Source of the DNA: Halorhodospira halophila SL1
GTDB lineage: Bacteria > Pseudomonadota > Gammaproteobacteria > Nitrococcales > Halorhodospiraceae
Assembly (NCBI RefSeq): GCF_000015585.1
Contig: NC_008789.1
Coordinates: 2,280,001-2,312,000, forward strand
DNA length: 32,000 nt
Direction: 5' to 3'
Shown: piece by piece, positions 7,625 through 17,475 of the stretch
How the letters are laid out: every line of letters begins with the position of its first letter
How positions within the stretch are numbered: the stretch's first letter is position 1
Notes under the pieces: generated by a model
What the model was told of the DNA's origin: nothing
Seen by the model: only the letters and a program-made list of their open reading frames with translations
The model's database searches: none
Program-made: the position numbers and the translations under genes

Positions 7625-8527
7625 TCAGGCCACCACCGGCTGATCGTAGGCGATGGGCAATTCGTCCAGCTCCTCAAAGGTCACCTCCTCCCAGGCGTGC
7701 TCGTGCTCGAGCAGCTTGCGCAGGAGGCGGTTATTGAGGGCGTGCCCGGACTTGTGCCCGTGGAACGAGCCGATCAGGCTGCTACCCAAGAGGTAAAGGT
7801 CGCCGATGGCGTCGAGGATCTTGTGCTTGACGAACTCGTCCCGGTACCGCAACCCGTCCTCGTTCAGCACCCGGTAGTCGTCGACCACGATGGCGTTGTC
7901 GAGGCTGCCACCGAGGGCCAGCCGGGAGGCCCGCAGGGCCTCGATCTCCTTCATGAAGCCGAAGGTCCGCGCACGGCTGACCTCCTTGATGAAGGAGGTC
8001 GAGGAGAAATCCACCTCGGCACGGGCGTGCTGATCGAGGAAGACCGGGTGGTCGAAATCGATGGTGAAGCTGACCTTGAAGCCCTCGAAGGGCTCGAAGG
8101 CCACCCACTTGTCACCATCAACAACCTGGACCGGCTCCAGGATGCGCACGAAGCGCTTGGGCGCCTCCTGCTCCTTGATCCCTGCGGAGCGCACCAGGAA
8201 GACAAAGGGCGCCGCACTGCCGTCCATGATCGGCACCTCGGCCGCGGAGAGATCGACATAGCAGTTGTCGATCCCCAGCCCGGCCAGCGCCGACAGCAGG
8301 TGCTCGACGGTGGAAACCCGCACCCCGTCTTCCACCAGGCAGGTGGACAGGCGGGTGTCGCCCACGGCAGCGGCGGTTGCCTTGATCTCGCGGTCGAGAT
8401 CAGTGCGCCGGAATATGATCCCCGCATTGGCCGGAGCCGGACGGAGGGTCAGGTAGACCTTCTCGCCGGTGTGCAGGCCCACGCCGGTCGCGCGGATGCT
8501 GTTCTTCAAGGTGCGTTGACGGATCAT
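7625..8527 (-). CDS. lpxC: UDP-3-O-acyl-N-acetylglucosamine deacetylase
   Basis: [44 protein letters not shown]...HKSGHALNN is near-collinear with remembered E. coli LpxC. The start was re-called to the ATG at 8527; the track start at 8545 is a GTG 6 codons upstream. Confidence 0.96.
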   Translation of the reverse strand: MIRQRTLKNSIRATGVGLHTGEKVYLTLRPAPANAGIIFRRTDLDREIKATAAAVGDTRLSTCLVEDGVRVSTVEHLLSALAGLGIDNCYVDLSAAEVPIMDGSAAPFVFLVRSAGIKEQEAPKRFVRILEPVQVVDGDKWVAFEPFEGFKVSFTIDFDHPVFLDQHARAEVDFSSTSFIKEVSRARTFGFMKEIEALRASRLALGGSLDNAIVVDDYRVLNEDGLRYRDEFVKHKILDAIGDLYLLGSSLIGSFHGHKSGHALNNRLLRKLLEHEHAWEEVTFEELDELPIAYDQPVVA

Positions 8528-8664
8528 GGCTCGGCTCGGCTCCACTGCTCATGCGGCTACTTGTGTGCTCAGACGCAACCCGCGCGACCGGACACACCGC
8601 CTTCACCCTTTGGTAGCGGCAAGACGTCGCGAAATATTAGTGTAACAAATCCAAAAAGTATATT

Positions 8665-8685
8665 GCAGCGCAACAACGGCGCTGC
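8665..8685 (-). terminator. Hairpin 3 nt after the ftsZ stop (weak terminator candidate)
   Basis: Minus strand: GCAGCGC-CGTTGTT-GCGCTGC, then AATATACTTTTTGG. The T-run is offset 7 nt from the stem, so this is not a canonical intrinsic terminator. Confidence 0.3.
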
Positions 8686-8688
8686 CGC

Positions 8689-9849
8689 TCAGTCCGCCTG
8701 GCGACGCAGGAACGCCGGGATGTCGAGGTACTCCATGTCGCCATCGGCGTCCGCCTCCTTGCGCTCGTTGGCGGCGTTCTGCCGGATCACCGTGGGCCGG
8801 TCCAACTGGGCGTAGTCCACCTCGCCGGTGTTCTTACGGGGACCCGGCTGGGCCTGCTGGGACGGCTTGGCCACATCCCCCGCGGCCTGGACCGCCGGAC
8901 CGAGCCCGGTGGCCACCACGGTGACGCGCAGCTCATCCTCCAGCTCGGGGTCGATGACCGCACCGACGACCACGGTCGCCTCGTCGGAGGCGTACTCGCG
9001 CACCGCGTTGCCCACCTCGTCGAACTCGCCGATGGAGAGGTTGTAGCCGCCGGTGACGTTGACCAGGACGCCGTTGGCGCCGGCCAGGTTGAAGTCCTCG
9101 AGCAGCGGGCAGGCGATGGCCCGGTCCGCCGCCTCACGGGCACGCCCCTCGCCGGAGGCCACGCCGTTGCCCATCACCGCCATGCCCATCTCGGACATCA
9201 CCGTGCGGACGTCGGCAAAGTCGACGTTGATCAGGCCCGGCCGGGTGATCAGCTCGGCGATGCCGCGCACGGCGCCGTGGAGCACGTCGTTGGCCGACTT
9301 GAAGGCGTCGATCAGGGTCAGGTTCTTGCCGAGCACCGGCAGCAGCCGCTCGTTGGGGATGGTGATCAGCGAATCGACGCTGTTCTCCAGCTCCTTGATG
9401 CCCTCCTGGGCCACGCCCATGCGCTTGTTGCCCTCGAAGGGGAACGGCTTGGTCACCACGGCCACGGCCAGGATGCCCATCTCGCGGGCCACCTCGGCCA
9501 CCACCGGGGCCGCACCCGTGCCGGTGCCACCGCCCATGCCGGCGGTGATGAAGACCATGTCGGCCCCGTCGAGCACCTCCTGGAGGCGGTCGCGGGACTC
9601 CTCGGCCGCCTGCCGACCCGTGGTCGGATCGGCGCCGGCCCCCAGGCCCTTGGTGATGCCCGAGCCCAGCTGCACAGTGACCCCGGCACGGGTGTTGGCC
9701 AGGGCCTGGGCGTCGGTGTTGGCGTAGATGAACTCCACACCCTCGATCTCGCTCTCGACCATGTGCTGCACGGCGTTGCCACCGCCGCCGCCGACTCCGA
9801 TCACCTTGATGACCGCGTTCTGATTGGCGGTATCCATCAGATCAAACAT
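8689..9849 (-). CDS. ftsZ: Cell division protein FtsZ
   Basis: 386 aa with VIGVGGGGGNAV, the tubulin signature GGGTGTGAAPV and a C-terminal DYLDIPAFLRRQAD peptide. GGAGGG SD upstream. Confidence 0.98.
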   Translation of the reverse strand: MFDLMDTANQNAVIKVIGVGGGGGNAVQHMVESEIEGVEFIYANTDAQALANTRAGVTVQLGSGITKGLGAGADPTTGRQAAEESRDRLQEVLDGADMVFITAGMGGGTGTGAAPVVAEVAREMGILAVAVVTKPFPFEGNKRMGVAQEGIKELENSVDSLITIPNERLLPVLGKNLTLIDAFKSANDVLHGAVRGIAELITRPGLINVDFADVRTVMSEMGMAVMGNGVASGEGRAREAADRAIACPLLEDFNLAGANGVLVNVTGGYNLSIGEFDEVGNAVREYASDEATVVVGAVIDPELEDELRVTVVATGLGPAVQAAGDVAKPSQQAQPGPRKNTGEVDYAQLDRPTVIRQNAANERKEADADGDMEYLDIPAFLRRQAD

Positions 9850-9897
9850 GATGCTGCCCTCCTCAAGCGTCCCGGACGCTAGCGATTACTGAAATGA

Positions 9898-11136
9898 CTA
9901 GAAATTGCCCTTGAACCAGTTCTTCATCCGCCCCCACAGGGCGCTCATCCCGGCGTCCTGCGCCAGCGCCGGCGACATCCCGCTGTCACGGTTGCGCGCG
10001 CCGAAGGCGAGCAGGCCCACGCCGGTGGAATACATCGGATTGCGGACCACGTCCGACAACCCGGTCACGAACTTCGGCACACCGATGCGCACCGGGAGGT
10101 GGAAGACCTCCTCGGCCAGGTCGGTCACCCCTTCCATCTTCGAGCTGCCACCGGTGAGCACGATGCCCGCCGGGATCAGGTCCTCGAAGCCGCTCTTGCG
10201 CAGCTCGGACTGCACCAGCGCGAGCAGTTCCTCGTAGCGCGGCTCCACCACCGAGGCCAGCGACTGGCGGGAGAGCCGGCGCGGCGGCCGATCCCCCACC
10301 GACGGCACCTCGATGCTCTCCTCGGGGTTGGCCAGCTGCGACAGCGCGCAGGCATAGCGGACCTTGATGTCCTCGGCGTGGTGCGTTGGCGTGCGCAGCG
10401 CCACGGCGATGTCGTTGGTGACCTGGTGCCCGGCGATGGGGATCACGGCGGTATGGCGGATGGCACCGCCGGTGAACACCGCGATATCGGTGGTGCCACC
10501 GCCGATGTCCACCAGGCAGACGCCCAGCTCCTTCTCGTCGTCGCTGAGCACGGCGTGGCTTGCCGCCAGCTGCTGCAGGACGATGTCGTCCACGTCGAGC
10601 TGGCAGCGGCGGACGCACTTGGTGATGTTGTCCGCCGCCGAGACCGCGCCGGTGACCATGTGCACCCGCGCCTCCAGGCGCACGCCGGCCATACCCAGCG
10701 GGTCGCGGATGCCCTCCTGGCTGTCGATGACGAACTCCTGCGGGATCACGTGCAGGATCTGCTGATCCGCCGGGATCGCCACCGCCTTGGCGCCATCGAG
10801 CACCCGCTCCAGGTCGGCCTGGCGGACCTCCTTATCCCGGATCGCCACCATGCCGTGGGAATTGAGGCTGCGGATGTGGCTGCCCGAGATCCCCACGTAG
10901 GCCGAGTGGATCTCGCAGCCGGCCATCAGCTCGGCCTCCTCGATGGCGCGCTGGATCGACTGCACCGTGGAGTCGATGTTCACCACCACGCCTTTCTTCA
11001 ACCCGTGGGACGGGTGGCTGCCCACGCCGATCACCTCCAGCTCGCCATCCTCTTTGGCTTCACCGACGATGGCGACCACCTTCGAGGTGCCGATATCGAG
11101 GCCCACCAACAGGCTGTCTTCGCTCTTTCGCACCAT
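9898..11136 (-). CDS. ftsA: Cell division protein FtsA
   Basis: 412 aa from MVRKSEDSLLVGLDIGTSKV (actin-fold phosphate-1 motif), with a C-terminal amphipathic WGRMKNWFKGNF. The track ORF (607 aa) is an out-of-frame read-through extension over ftsQ. Confidence 0.96.
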   Translation of the reverse strand: MVRKSEDSLLVGLDIGTSKVVAIVGEAKEDGELEVIGVGSHPSHGLKKGVVVNIDSTVQSIQRAIEEAELMAGCEIHSAYVGISGSHIRSLNSHGMVAIRDKEVRQADLERVLDGAKAVAIPADQQILHVIPQEFVIDSQEGIRDPLGMAGVRLEARVHMVTGAVSAADNITKCVRRCQLDVDDIVLQQLAASHAVLSDDEKELGVCLVDIGGGTTDIAVFTGGAIRHTAVIPIAGHQVTNDIAVALRTPTHHAEDIKVRYACALSQLANPEESIEVPSVGDRPPRRLSRQSLASVVEPRYEELLALVQSELRKSGFEDLIPAGIVLTGGSSKMEGVTDLAEEVFHLPVRIGVPKFVTGLSDVVRNPMYSTGVGLLAFGARNRDSGMSPALAQDAGMSALWGRMKNWFKGNF

Positions 11137-11149
11137 GCTCTGCTCCGCC

Positions 11150-11941
11150 TTAGTCCGCTTCGTCTGCTGCACCCCAGGCCACGGCAAAGCCGTTGGGGTA
11201 GCGCAGATCGACCCGCTCCATCGGGGCCTCTTCCCGTTCTTCCAGGGTCGGCAGCACGGCTGCGAAGCGCTCCACGCGCTCGCCGGGGTGCTGCCGGCCC
11301 AGGGCCATCTCCACGCCATCCTCCAGCCGTGCGCTCCACGACCCCCGAGGGGAGAGGCTGAGCGCCACCAGATTGACGTGCCGCTTGTCCAGTTGTTCCT
11401 GCATCTGTTTAAACAGCCGGGCCACCTCACCCTCGCTGCCCTCCGGCCCGCGCAGTTCCGGGAGCACCTCCGGGATGCTCTCCACCGGCGGCTCGAAGCG
11501 TTCGCCGCTGCGGTCGATGAGGGCGTGCTCGTCCCAGCGCGCCAGCGGCTCCCGCTCATGCAGCGTGACCTGGATGCTGCCGGGCCAGGCCCGCCGCACC
11601 GCAGCACGCTCCACCCAGGGCAGCGCCTCCAGGGCGTCCCGCGCACCGCGGACATCCACGCCCAGCACACTTCGATGCAAGTGCGGCACCAGGGCCTGGC
11701 GCAGATCCTCCCCCGCCACACGCTGCGGCGCGTCGGTCAGCTCCACCCGCTCAAGGGGCAGGATCCGCCCCTCCTGCAGCGCCACGCTGGCCATACCCGC
11801 GGCGCCGGTGGCGAGCAACGCCACCGCACCGCCCCACAGCCAGCCCCGCAGCCCCGGCATCGCCGGCAGCAAAGCGGCGCGCCCCTGCGGGCGCCGGGAG
11901 GAGCGGCGGCCCAGCAGGTCACTCCAATCCTCACGGCTCAT
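11150..11941 (-). CDS. ftsQ: Cell division protein FtsQ
   Basis: 263 aa with one N-terminal TM segment (WLWGGAVALLATGAAGMA), then a POTRA-like region (VELTDAPQRV...VRRAWPGSIQVTLHEREPLARW). The ATG at 11941 overlaps the ddl TGA (ATGA). Position is between ddl and ftsA. Confidence 0.9.
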   Translation of the reverse strand: MSREDWSDLLGRRSSRRPQGRAALLPAMPGLRGWLWGGAVALLATGAAGMASVALQEGRILPLERVELTDAPQRVAGEDLRQALVPHLHRSVLGVDVRGARDALEALPWVERAAVRRAWPGSIQVTLHEREPLARWDEHALIDRSGERFEPPVESIPEVLPELRGPEGSEGEVARLFKQMQEQLDKRHVNLVALSLSPRGSWSARLEDGVEMALGRQHPGERVERFAAVLPTLEEREEAPMERVDLRYPNGFAVAWGAADEAD

Positions 11942-12852
11942 CGCAACGCCTCCCCCAGGATGCGGGCCACCAGCTCGTCGAAGCCGATCCCGGCCTGCGC
12001 CGCCGCGATGGGCACCAGCGAGTGATCGGTCATGCCGGGGATGGTATTCACCTCCAGCAGCCACCAGCGTCCGCCGGTGTCCCGCATGACATCCACACGC
12101 CCCCAGCCGTTCCCGCCGCTGGCGATAAAGGCCTCCCGACACAGGGCGCCAAGTTCGGCCTCTTCCTCCGGCCCGAGACCGCTCGGGCAGTGGTGACCGG
12201 TGTCCTCGGCCTGGTACTTGGCCGCGTAGTCGAAGAAGGCGTGCGGGGTCTCCAGTCGGATCGACGGCAACGCCTGATCACCGAGCAGCGCCACGGTGTA
12301 CTCCTCGCCCTCGACCCAGGCCTCGGCGAGGACGGTATCGTCGTAGGCCGCTGCCACGCGGTAGGCCTCGGCCAGCTCCTCCGGCCCCTCGACCCGACTC
12401 ATGCCGAGGCTCGACCCCTCGCGGGCGGGCTTGACGATCACTGGGTAACCCACCCCCTCGTCGAGGACCGGGCGGTCGCCGGTCAGCAACTGACCCGCCG
12501 GCGTGGGCAGGCCACTGCCCTGCCAGAGCCGCTTGCAGCGCCACTTGTCCATGCCCAGCGCCGAGCCGAGGACACCGCTGCCGGTGTACGGGATTCCGAG
12601 CAGATCCAGCAGTCCCTGGACCGTGCCGTCCTCACCGCCCCGCCCGTGAAGGGCGATGAAGACCACGTCGTAGCCGCGCAGCCCTTCCAGGGCGCGGTCA
12701 CGGGGATCGTAGGCCTCGGCGTCGTAGCCACAGCGCTGTAGCGCCGCGAGTATCGCGCCGCCACTGCGCAGGGAGATGTCCCGCTCGGCCGAGGTGCCGC
12801 CCATCAGCACGGCGACGCGCCCCACCCGCTGCGGATCCGGGATACCACTCAC
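11938..12852 (-). CDS. ddl: D-alanine--D-alanine ligase
   Basis: 304 aa with VAVLMGGTSAEREISL, FIALHGRGGEDGTVQGLL, the ATP-grasp region and LLEVNTIPGMT. The GTG start overlaps the murB TGA (GTGA). Confidence 0.95.
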   Translation of the reverse strand: MSGIPDPQRVGRVAVLMGGTSAERDISLRSGGAILAALQRCGYDAEAYDPRDRALEGLRGYDVVFIALHGRGGEDGTVQGLLDLLGIPYTGSGVLGSALGMDKWRCKRLWQGSGLPTPAGQLLTGDRPVLDEGVGYPVIVKPAREGSSLGMSRVEGPEELAEAYRVAAAYDDTVLAEAWVEGEEYTVALLGDQALPSIRLETPHAFFDYAAKYQAEDTGHHCPSGLGPEEEAELGALCREAFIASGGNGWGRVDVMRDTGGRWWLLEVNTIPGMTDHSLVPIAAAQAGIGFDELVARILGEALR

Positions 12853-13754
12853 GACTGCTCCCCCCCGATCACGTGGACTTCGGTCTCTAGCCGCACACCG
12901 TGCACCTCGGCAACCCGCTGCCGGACCACCTCGATGAGCCCCTCGATATCCGCCGCACTGCCGCCCTCGTTGATAATGAAGTTGGCGTGGCGCTCGGAGA
13001 CCCGGGCACCACCACGCCGCGCCCCTTTCAACCCGGCCTGTTCGATCAGCCGCCCGGCGGCGTCCCCAGGCGGATTCCGAAAGACCGAACCGCAGGTCGG
13101 CTGACCCACCGGCTGCGCCGCATTACGCCGCCGCAGCAGCGCCCGCACCCGCTCGTTGAGTGCTTGCGGGTCGCCGGAAGGCAGCGCCCAGGTGGCAGCC
13201 AGGAACCACTCACCGGCCGGGCCCACAACCCTGCGGTAGCCGACCCGGAAATCCGCCGGTGTGCGCCGCCGGACGCACCCGTGGCGATCGACGGTCTCCA
13301 CCTCGACCACACGGCTCCAGGTCTCGCCGCCCCAGGCCCCGGCGTTGAGGGCCAGCGCACCGCCCACAGTGCCGGGGATACCGGCCAGGAACTCCAGACC
13401 GGCCAGCCCTTCGCGGACTGCCGCCCGAGCCAGGCGACCGCCGGCCACGCCGGCCTCGGCATGGACCCGCCCCTGCGCGCCGTCGACCGCCAGCCCATCC
13501 AGCCCGCCCTGACTCAAAATGACCGTCCCGGCCACACCGCCGTCGCGCACCAGCAGATTGCTGCCTAGGCCGCACCAGTGCAGCGGCTCCTCGGCCGACA
13601 GCCGGGCCAGGCAGTCGAGCAGTCCGGCCCGGTCGGCCGGGCAGAACAGGCGCCGCGCCGGGCCACCCACCCGCCAGGTGGTGTACCCGGCCATGGGCTC
13701 CTGCTCGCGCCACTCGCCGGGCCGGATCCGGCGCCGTTCCGCGGCTGCACTCAT
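12849..13754 (-). CDS. murB: UDP-N-acetylenolpyruvoylglucosamine reductase (short, type II-like)
   Basis: 301 aa with [31 protein letters not shown] and GS.F.NP motifs. The ATG overlaps the murC TGA. Confidence 0.92.
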   Translation of the reverse strand: MSAAAERRRIRPGEWREQEPMAGYTTWRVGGPARRLFCPADRAGLLDCLARLSAEEPLHWCGLGSNLLVRDGGVAGTVILSQGGLDGLAVDGAQGRVHAEAGVAGGRLARAAVREGLAGLEFLAGIPGTVGGALALNAGAWGGETWSRVVEVETVDRHGCVRRRTPADFRVGYRRVVGPAGEWFLAATWALPSGDPQALNERVRALLRRRNAAQPVGQPTCGSVFRNPPGDAAGRLIEQAGLKGARRGGARVSERHANFIINEGGSAADIEGLIEVVRQRVAEVHGVRLETEVHVIGGEQS

Positions 13755-15211
13755 GCCCCACCCCCGGCGGTCAGACCGCCGCCCAGCTGCGCCGGAAGCC
13801 CGCCAATACTGCCGGCCCCCAGGGTCAGCACCACGTCGTCGTCACGCAGCAGCCCGGCCAGCAAACCCGGCACCTCGTCCAGGCTCTCGGCGAAGATCGG
13901 CTGCGCGCCGCCGCGATCACGCACCGCCGAGGCCAGCGCCCGGCCGTCGGCGCCGGGCAGGCGCGCCTCGCCGGCGGCGTAGACCTCAGTCAGCACCAGC
14001 GCATCGGTGCCACTGAGCACCCGCGCAAAGTCATCGAACAGCTCCCGGGTCCGCGAATAACGGTGGGGCTGGAAGACCACCACCAGACGCCGCTCCGGCC
14101 AGGCCGCCCGGGCCGCCTGCAGGGTCGCCTCCAGCTCACGGGGGTGGTGGGCGTAGTCGTCGACCAGCGCCGCCGCACCCTCGGCCAGGGGGATGTCCGG
14201 GTAGACCTGAAACCGCCGGCCGATACCCTGGAAGCTGGACAATGCCCGCTGGATCGCGGCCACGTCGACGCCCAGCTCGCGGGCCAAGGCGATGGCGGCG
14301 GCGGCATTGAGCACGTTGTGCCGCCCCGGCAGGCTCAGCTCGACGGCGAAGGCCGCCCCGTCGCCCTCCTCAATCCGGAACCGCGTCCGGTGACCGTCCG
14401 CCTCCATGCCACTGACGCGCACATCGGCGTCCTCGGAGAAGCCGTAGGTCAGCACCGGACGGCCGATCTCGCCGCGCAGCCGGCGCACCTCCGGGTCGTC
14501 GATGCACAGCACCGCCAAGCCGTAAAACGGCAGGTGGTGCAGGAACTCGATGAAGGTCCGGCGCAGAGCCTCGAAATCGCCCCCGTAGGTGCCCAGGTGG
14601 TCGGCATCGACGTTGGTGACCGCCGCCATCATCGGCTTGAGGTGGAGGAACGAGGCGTCGCTCTCGTCGGCCTCGGCCACCAGATAGGGTCCGGCGCCCA
14701 GACGGGCGTGGGCCCCGGCGCTGATCAGCCGCCCACCGATCACGAAGGTCGGATCGAGCTCGCCCTCGGCCAGGCAACTGGCCAGCAGCGAGGTAGTCGT
14801 CGTCTTGCCGTGGGTCCCGGCGACCGCTACGCCGTGTCGAAAACGCATCAGCTCGGCGAGCATCTCGGCCCGCGGCACCACCGGGATGCGCTGCTGACGC
14901 GCCGCCTGCACCTCGGGGTTGTCTTCGGTGACCGCGGTGGAGACCACGACCGCATCCATCCCCTGGACATGGACCGGGTCGTGGCCAATCTGGACGGTCA
15001 CGCCGAGGCCGACCAGGCGTTCGACCACCGCCCCCGACCTCACGTCGGAGCCGGTAATGGTGAAGCCGAGGTTGTGCAGCACCTCCGCGATGCCGCCCAT
15101 GCCGGCCCCGCCGATGCCCACGAAGTGGATACGCCGCACCCGGCCGAAGGTACTGCGGCCGTCCATCGGCGCGGTGAAACGCGGCTCGCGGGCGGGAACG
15201 CCATCAGCCAT
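13751..15211 (-). CDS. murC: UDP-N-acetylmuramate--L-alanine ligase
   Basis: 486 aa from [10 protein letters not shown].., with [18 protein letters not shown] and [11 protein letters not shown]. The start was re-called to the ATG at 15211, an 8-nt overlap with murG. Confidence 0.95.
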   Translation of the reverse strand: MADGVPAREPRFTAPMDGRSTFGRVRRIHFVGIGGAGMGGIAEVLHNLGFTITGSDVRSGAVVERLVGLGVTVQIGHDPVHVQGMDAVVVSTAVTEDNPEVQAARQQRIPVVPRAEMLAELMRFRHGVAVAGTHGKTTTTSLLASCLAEGELDPTFVIGGRLISAGAHARLGAGPYLVAEADESDASFLHLKPMMAAVTNVDADHLGTYGGDFEALRRTFIEFLHHLPFYGLAVLCIDDPEVRRLRGEIGRPVLTYGFSEDADVRVSGMEADGHRTRFRIEEGDGAAFAVELSLPGRHNVLNAAAAIALARELGVDVAAIQRALSSFQGIGRRFQVYPDIPLAEGAAALVDDYAHHPRELEATLQAARAAWPERRLVVVFQPHRYSRTRELFDDFARVLSGTDALVLTEVYAAGEARLPGADGRALASAVRDRGGAQPIFAESLDEVPGLLAGLLRDDDVVLTLGAGSIGGLPAQLGGGLTAGGGA

Positions 15212-15222
15212 GGGCCACCTCC
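15203..15222 (-). repeat. 20-nt junction cassette ATCAGCCATGGGCCACCTCC, copy 1 (murG/murC)
   Basis: Identical to 17456-17475. The minus strand reads GGAGGTGGCCCATGGCTGAT. This is an SD-like GGAGGTG, the start ATG of the downstream gene, and the TGA of the upstream gene (..EVAHG*) 8 nt later. Confidence 0.9.
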
Positions 15223-16280
15223 TCACAGATCGTCGCCACGCGGTCCGTGGCGTCCGGACGGGCCACGCCACGCGCCGCCTCACCCATCTCCGCCAGACGA
15301 CGCCGGTCGCCGAGCAGCTCGGCCAGCACAGGCCCCAGCGCCCCCTGCTCCAGATCGGGCTGGAGCAGCCTGCGCGCGGCCCCGGCGGCGCAAAGCCATT
15401 CGGCGTTGGCCGTCTGGTGGTCGTCCACGGCCCAGGGGAGCGGCACCAGCACCGCCGGCACGCCGGCCGCGGCCAGCTCCGCCACGGTGAGGGCGCCGGA
15501 CCGGGCGACGACCAGATCCGCCCAGGCGTACGCGCCCGCCATATCCTCGATAAAGGGCACGACCTCGGCCCCGTCCAGACCGGCGCGGCCGTACTCGGTG
15601 CGCGCCTCCTCCAGGGTCAACTCGCCCGCCTGGTGCAGCACCTGAGGCTGCCCACCGCCGATGGCCGAGAGCGCCTGCGGTACGTAACGGTTGAGCGCTC
15701 GCGCCCCCTGGCTGCCTCCGAGCACCAGCACCCGCGGCGCCCCCTCGCGCCTGGCGTACCGTTCCTGCGGCGACTCCAGCCGATGGATGCGCGTGCGAAT
15801 GGGATTGCCCACCCACTCGCTCCGCGCTCCCAGGGCATCGGGAAAGCCGGTGAGCACCCGGTGCCCCAGCCGGGCCAGGAAGCGGTTGGTCATGCCCGCC
15901 CGGGCATTCTGTTCGTGGATGATCAGGGGCCGTCCGGCGAGTCGGGCGGCCAGACCCACAGGCCCGGCTACGTAGCCGCCCATGCCGAGGACCACATCCG
16001 GGCGCTGGCGCCGCAGCGCAGCCCCGGCCACCGCCACGGCACGCCCCAGACGCCAGGGCAGCGCCGCTATCGTCGCCAGCCCTTTGCCGCGCATCCCGCC
16101 GATCTCCAGCCACTCTGCGTCGAGGCCGGCAGCGGGAACGACGCGCCCCTCCAGGCCGGCGCGGGTGCCCAACCAGACCACCCGATGCCCCCGTTCGCGC
16201 AGCGCATCGGCCACGGCCAGGCCGGGGTAGACATGGCCGCCGGTTCCGCCGGCGGCGATGGCCACGGTCCGGACGCTCAT
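15204..16280 (-). CDS. murG: UDP-N-acetylglucosamine--N-acetylmuramyl-(pentapeptide) pyrophosphoryl-undecaprenol GlcNAc transferase
   Basis: 358 aa from [24 protein letters not shown] (MurG G-loop). The ATG at 16280 overlaps the ftsW TGA. The 736-aa track ORF is a frame extension across ftsW. Confidence 0.95.
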   Translation of the reverse strand: MSVRTVAIAAGGTGGHVYPGLAVADALRERGHRVVWLGTRAGLEGRVVPAAGLDAEWLEIGGMRGKGLATIAALPWRLGRAVAVAGAALRRQRPDVVLGMGGYVAGPVGLAARLAGRPLIIHEQNARAGMTNRFLARLGHRVLTGFPDALGARSEWVGNPIRTRIHRLESPQERYARREGAPRVLVLGGSQGARALNRYVPQALSAIGGGQPQVLHQAGELTLEEARTEYGRAGLDGAEVVPFIEDMAGAYAWADLVVARSGALTVAELAAAGVPAVLVPLPWAVDDHQTANAEWLCAAGAARRLLQPDLEQGALGPVLAELLGDRRRLAEMGEAARGVARPDATDRVATICEEVAHG

Positions 16281-17464
16281 GACGCCGCCTCCTCGGGGCG
16301 CCGCCCCTCGGCCCGTGCCTGGGCCAGCTCGTAGCCGCAGCGCAGCAGCAGCCCAACCATGGCACCGGTCGCCAGGGCACTGCTCCCGCCGTAGCTGAAC
16401 AGCGGCAGGGTCAGCCCCTTGGTGGGCAGCAGACCGGTGGCCACCCCCATGTTGATGAACGCCTGCAGCCCGAGGGCCAGCCCCACGGCCCAGGCGAGAT
16501 AGCCGGCGAACGGCAGCCGATGGCGGTGGCACTGCCAGCCCACGGCCATGGCCCGCCAGACGATGTAGGAGAACAGCAGAACCACGGCGAGCACACCGAG
16601 CCAGCCCAGCTCTTCGGCGAGCACCGAGAAGACGAAGTCGGTGTGCGCCTCGGGCAGATAGAAGAGCTTCTGCACGCTGCCGCCCAAGCCCACGCCCAGC
16701 CAATCGCCGCGGCCGATGGCGATCAGCGACTGGGTGAGCTGGAATCCGGTATTGAACGGGTCGGACCAGGGATCCATGAAGGCGGTGACCCGCTGCCAGC
16801 GGTACGGCGAGTAGACCACCAGCGCCGCCGCGGCGGCGGCGAGCACCCCCACCAGAGCCGCGAACCGCCACAGCGGCGCCCCGGCGAGGTAGAGCAACCC
16901 CACCGCCAGCGCCATGAGCATCAGGGCAGTCCCGAAGTCCGGCTGCAGCAGCAGCAGGAAGGCGCACGCCGCCGAGACCAGCACCGGCACCAGGAATGCC
17001 GCCATGGAGGTGCGCAGCTGCTGCTGCCGGCGCACCAGGAACCCGGCCAGGTAGAGGGCCAGCAGGACCTTGACCACCTCGGCGACCTGCAGATTGAACA
17101 CGCCCAAGGGGATCCAGCGCACGGCGCCGTTGACCTCGCGCCCCACGCCGGGGATCAGCACCAGGACCAGCAGCGCCAGGGCGCCGAGCAGCAGCCCTGG
17201 GCCGGCCCGTTCCCAGGTGGCCAGCGGGATCTGCAGCAGCGCCAGGGCCATACCCAGCCCGAGCAGGGCGAAGAAGATCTGGCGCTTGAAGAAGTAGAAC
17301 GGATCGCCGGTGGCCTGCTCGGCCATCGAGATCGAGGCCGAGGCCACCATGACCAGACCGAGCAACGCCGTGGCCGCCACCACCCAGACGAGCCGCTGAT
17401 CCAGACTCGACCACAGCGACAGTCGCGGACCGCGCTCGGCGACACCGGCTGCGAGATCAGCCAT
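16277..17464 (-). CDS. ftsW: Peptidoglycan glycosyltransferase FtsW (SEDS family)
   Basis: 395 aa, polytopic membrane protein with SEDS motifs (PEAHTDF.F, LP.KG.TLP..SYGGSS), between murD and murG. Confidence 0.93.
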   Translation of the reverse strand: MADLAAGVAERGPRLSLWSSLDQRLVWVVAATALLGLVMVASASISMAEQATGDPFYFFKRQIFFALLGLGMALALLQIPLATWERAGPGLLLGALALLVLVLIPGVGREVNGAVRWIPLGVFNLQVAEVVKVLLALYLAGFLVRRQQQLRTSMAAFLVPVLVSAACAFLLLLQPDFGTALMLMALAVGLLYLAGAPLWRFAALVGVLAAAAAALVVYSPYRWQRVTAFMDPWSDPFNTGFQLTQSLIAIGRGDWLGVGLGGSVQKLFYLPEAHTDFVFSVLAEELGWLGVLAVVLLFSYIVWRAMAVGWQCHRHRLPFAGYLAWAVGLALGLQAFINMGVATGLLPTKGLTLPLFSYGGSSALATGAMVGLLLRCGYELAQARAEGRRPEEAAS

Positions 17465-17475
17465 GGGCCACCTCC
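17456..17475 (-). repeat. 20-nt junction cassette ATCAGCCATGGGCCACCTCC, copy 2 (murD/ftsW)
   Basis: Exact copy of 15203-15222. It gives the same SD/ATG/TGA arrangement, the same C-terminal EVAHG* and the same N-terminal MAD. Confidence 0.9.

Noticed and set aside
9898-11721. 607-aa ORF extending FtsA upstream.
   Set aside because: The first 195 residues are Trp/Arg/Cys-rich off-frame translation of ftsQ. FtsA starts at MVRKSEDS (11136).
15204-17414. 736-aa ORF that could be mistaken for a giant MurG fusion.
   Set aside because: Only the last 358 aa are MurG. The first 378 aa are an alternative-frame read-through of ftsW, rich in Arg/Gly/Ala/Pro. The true ATG at 16280 overlaps the ftsW stop.
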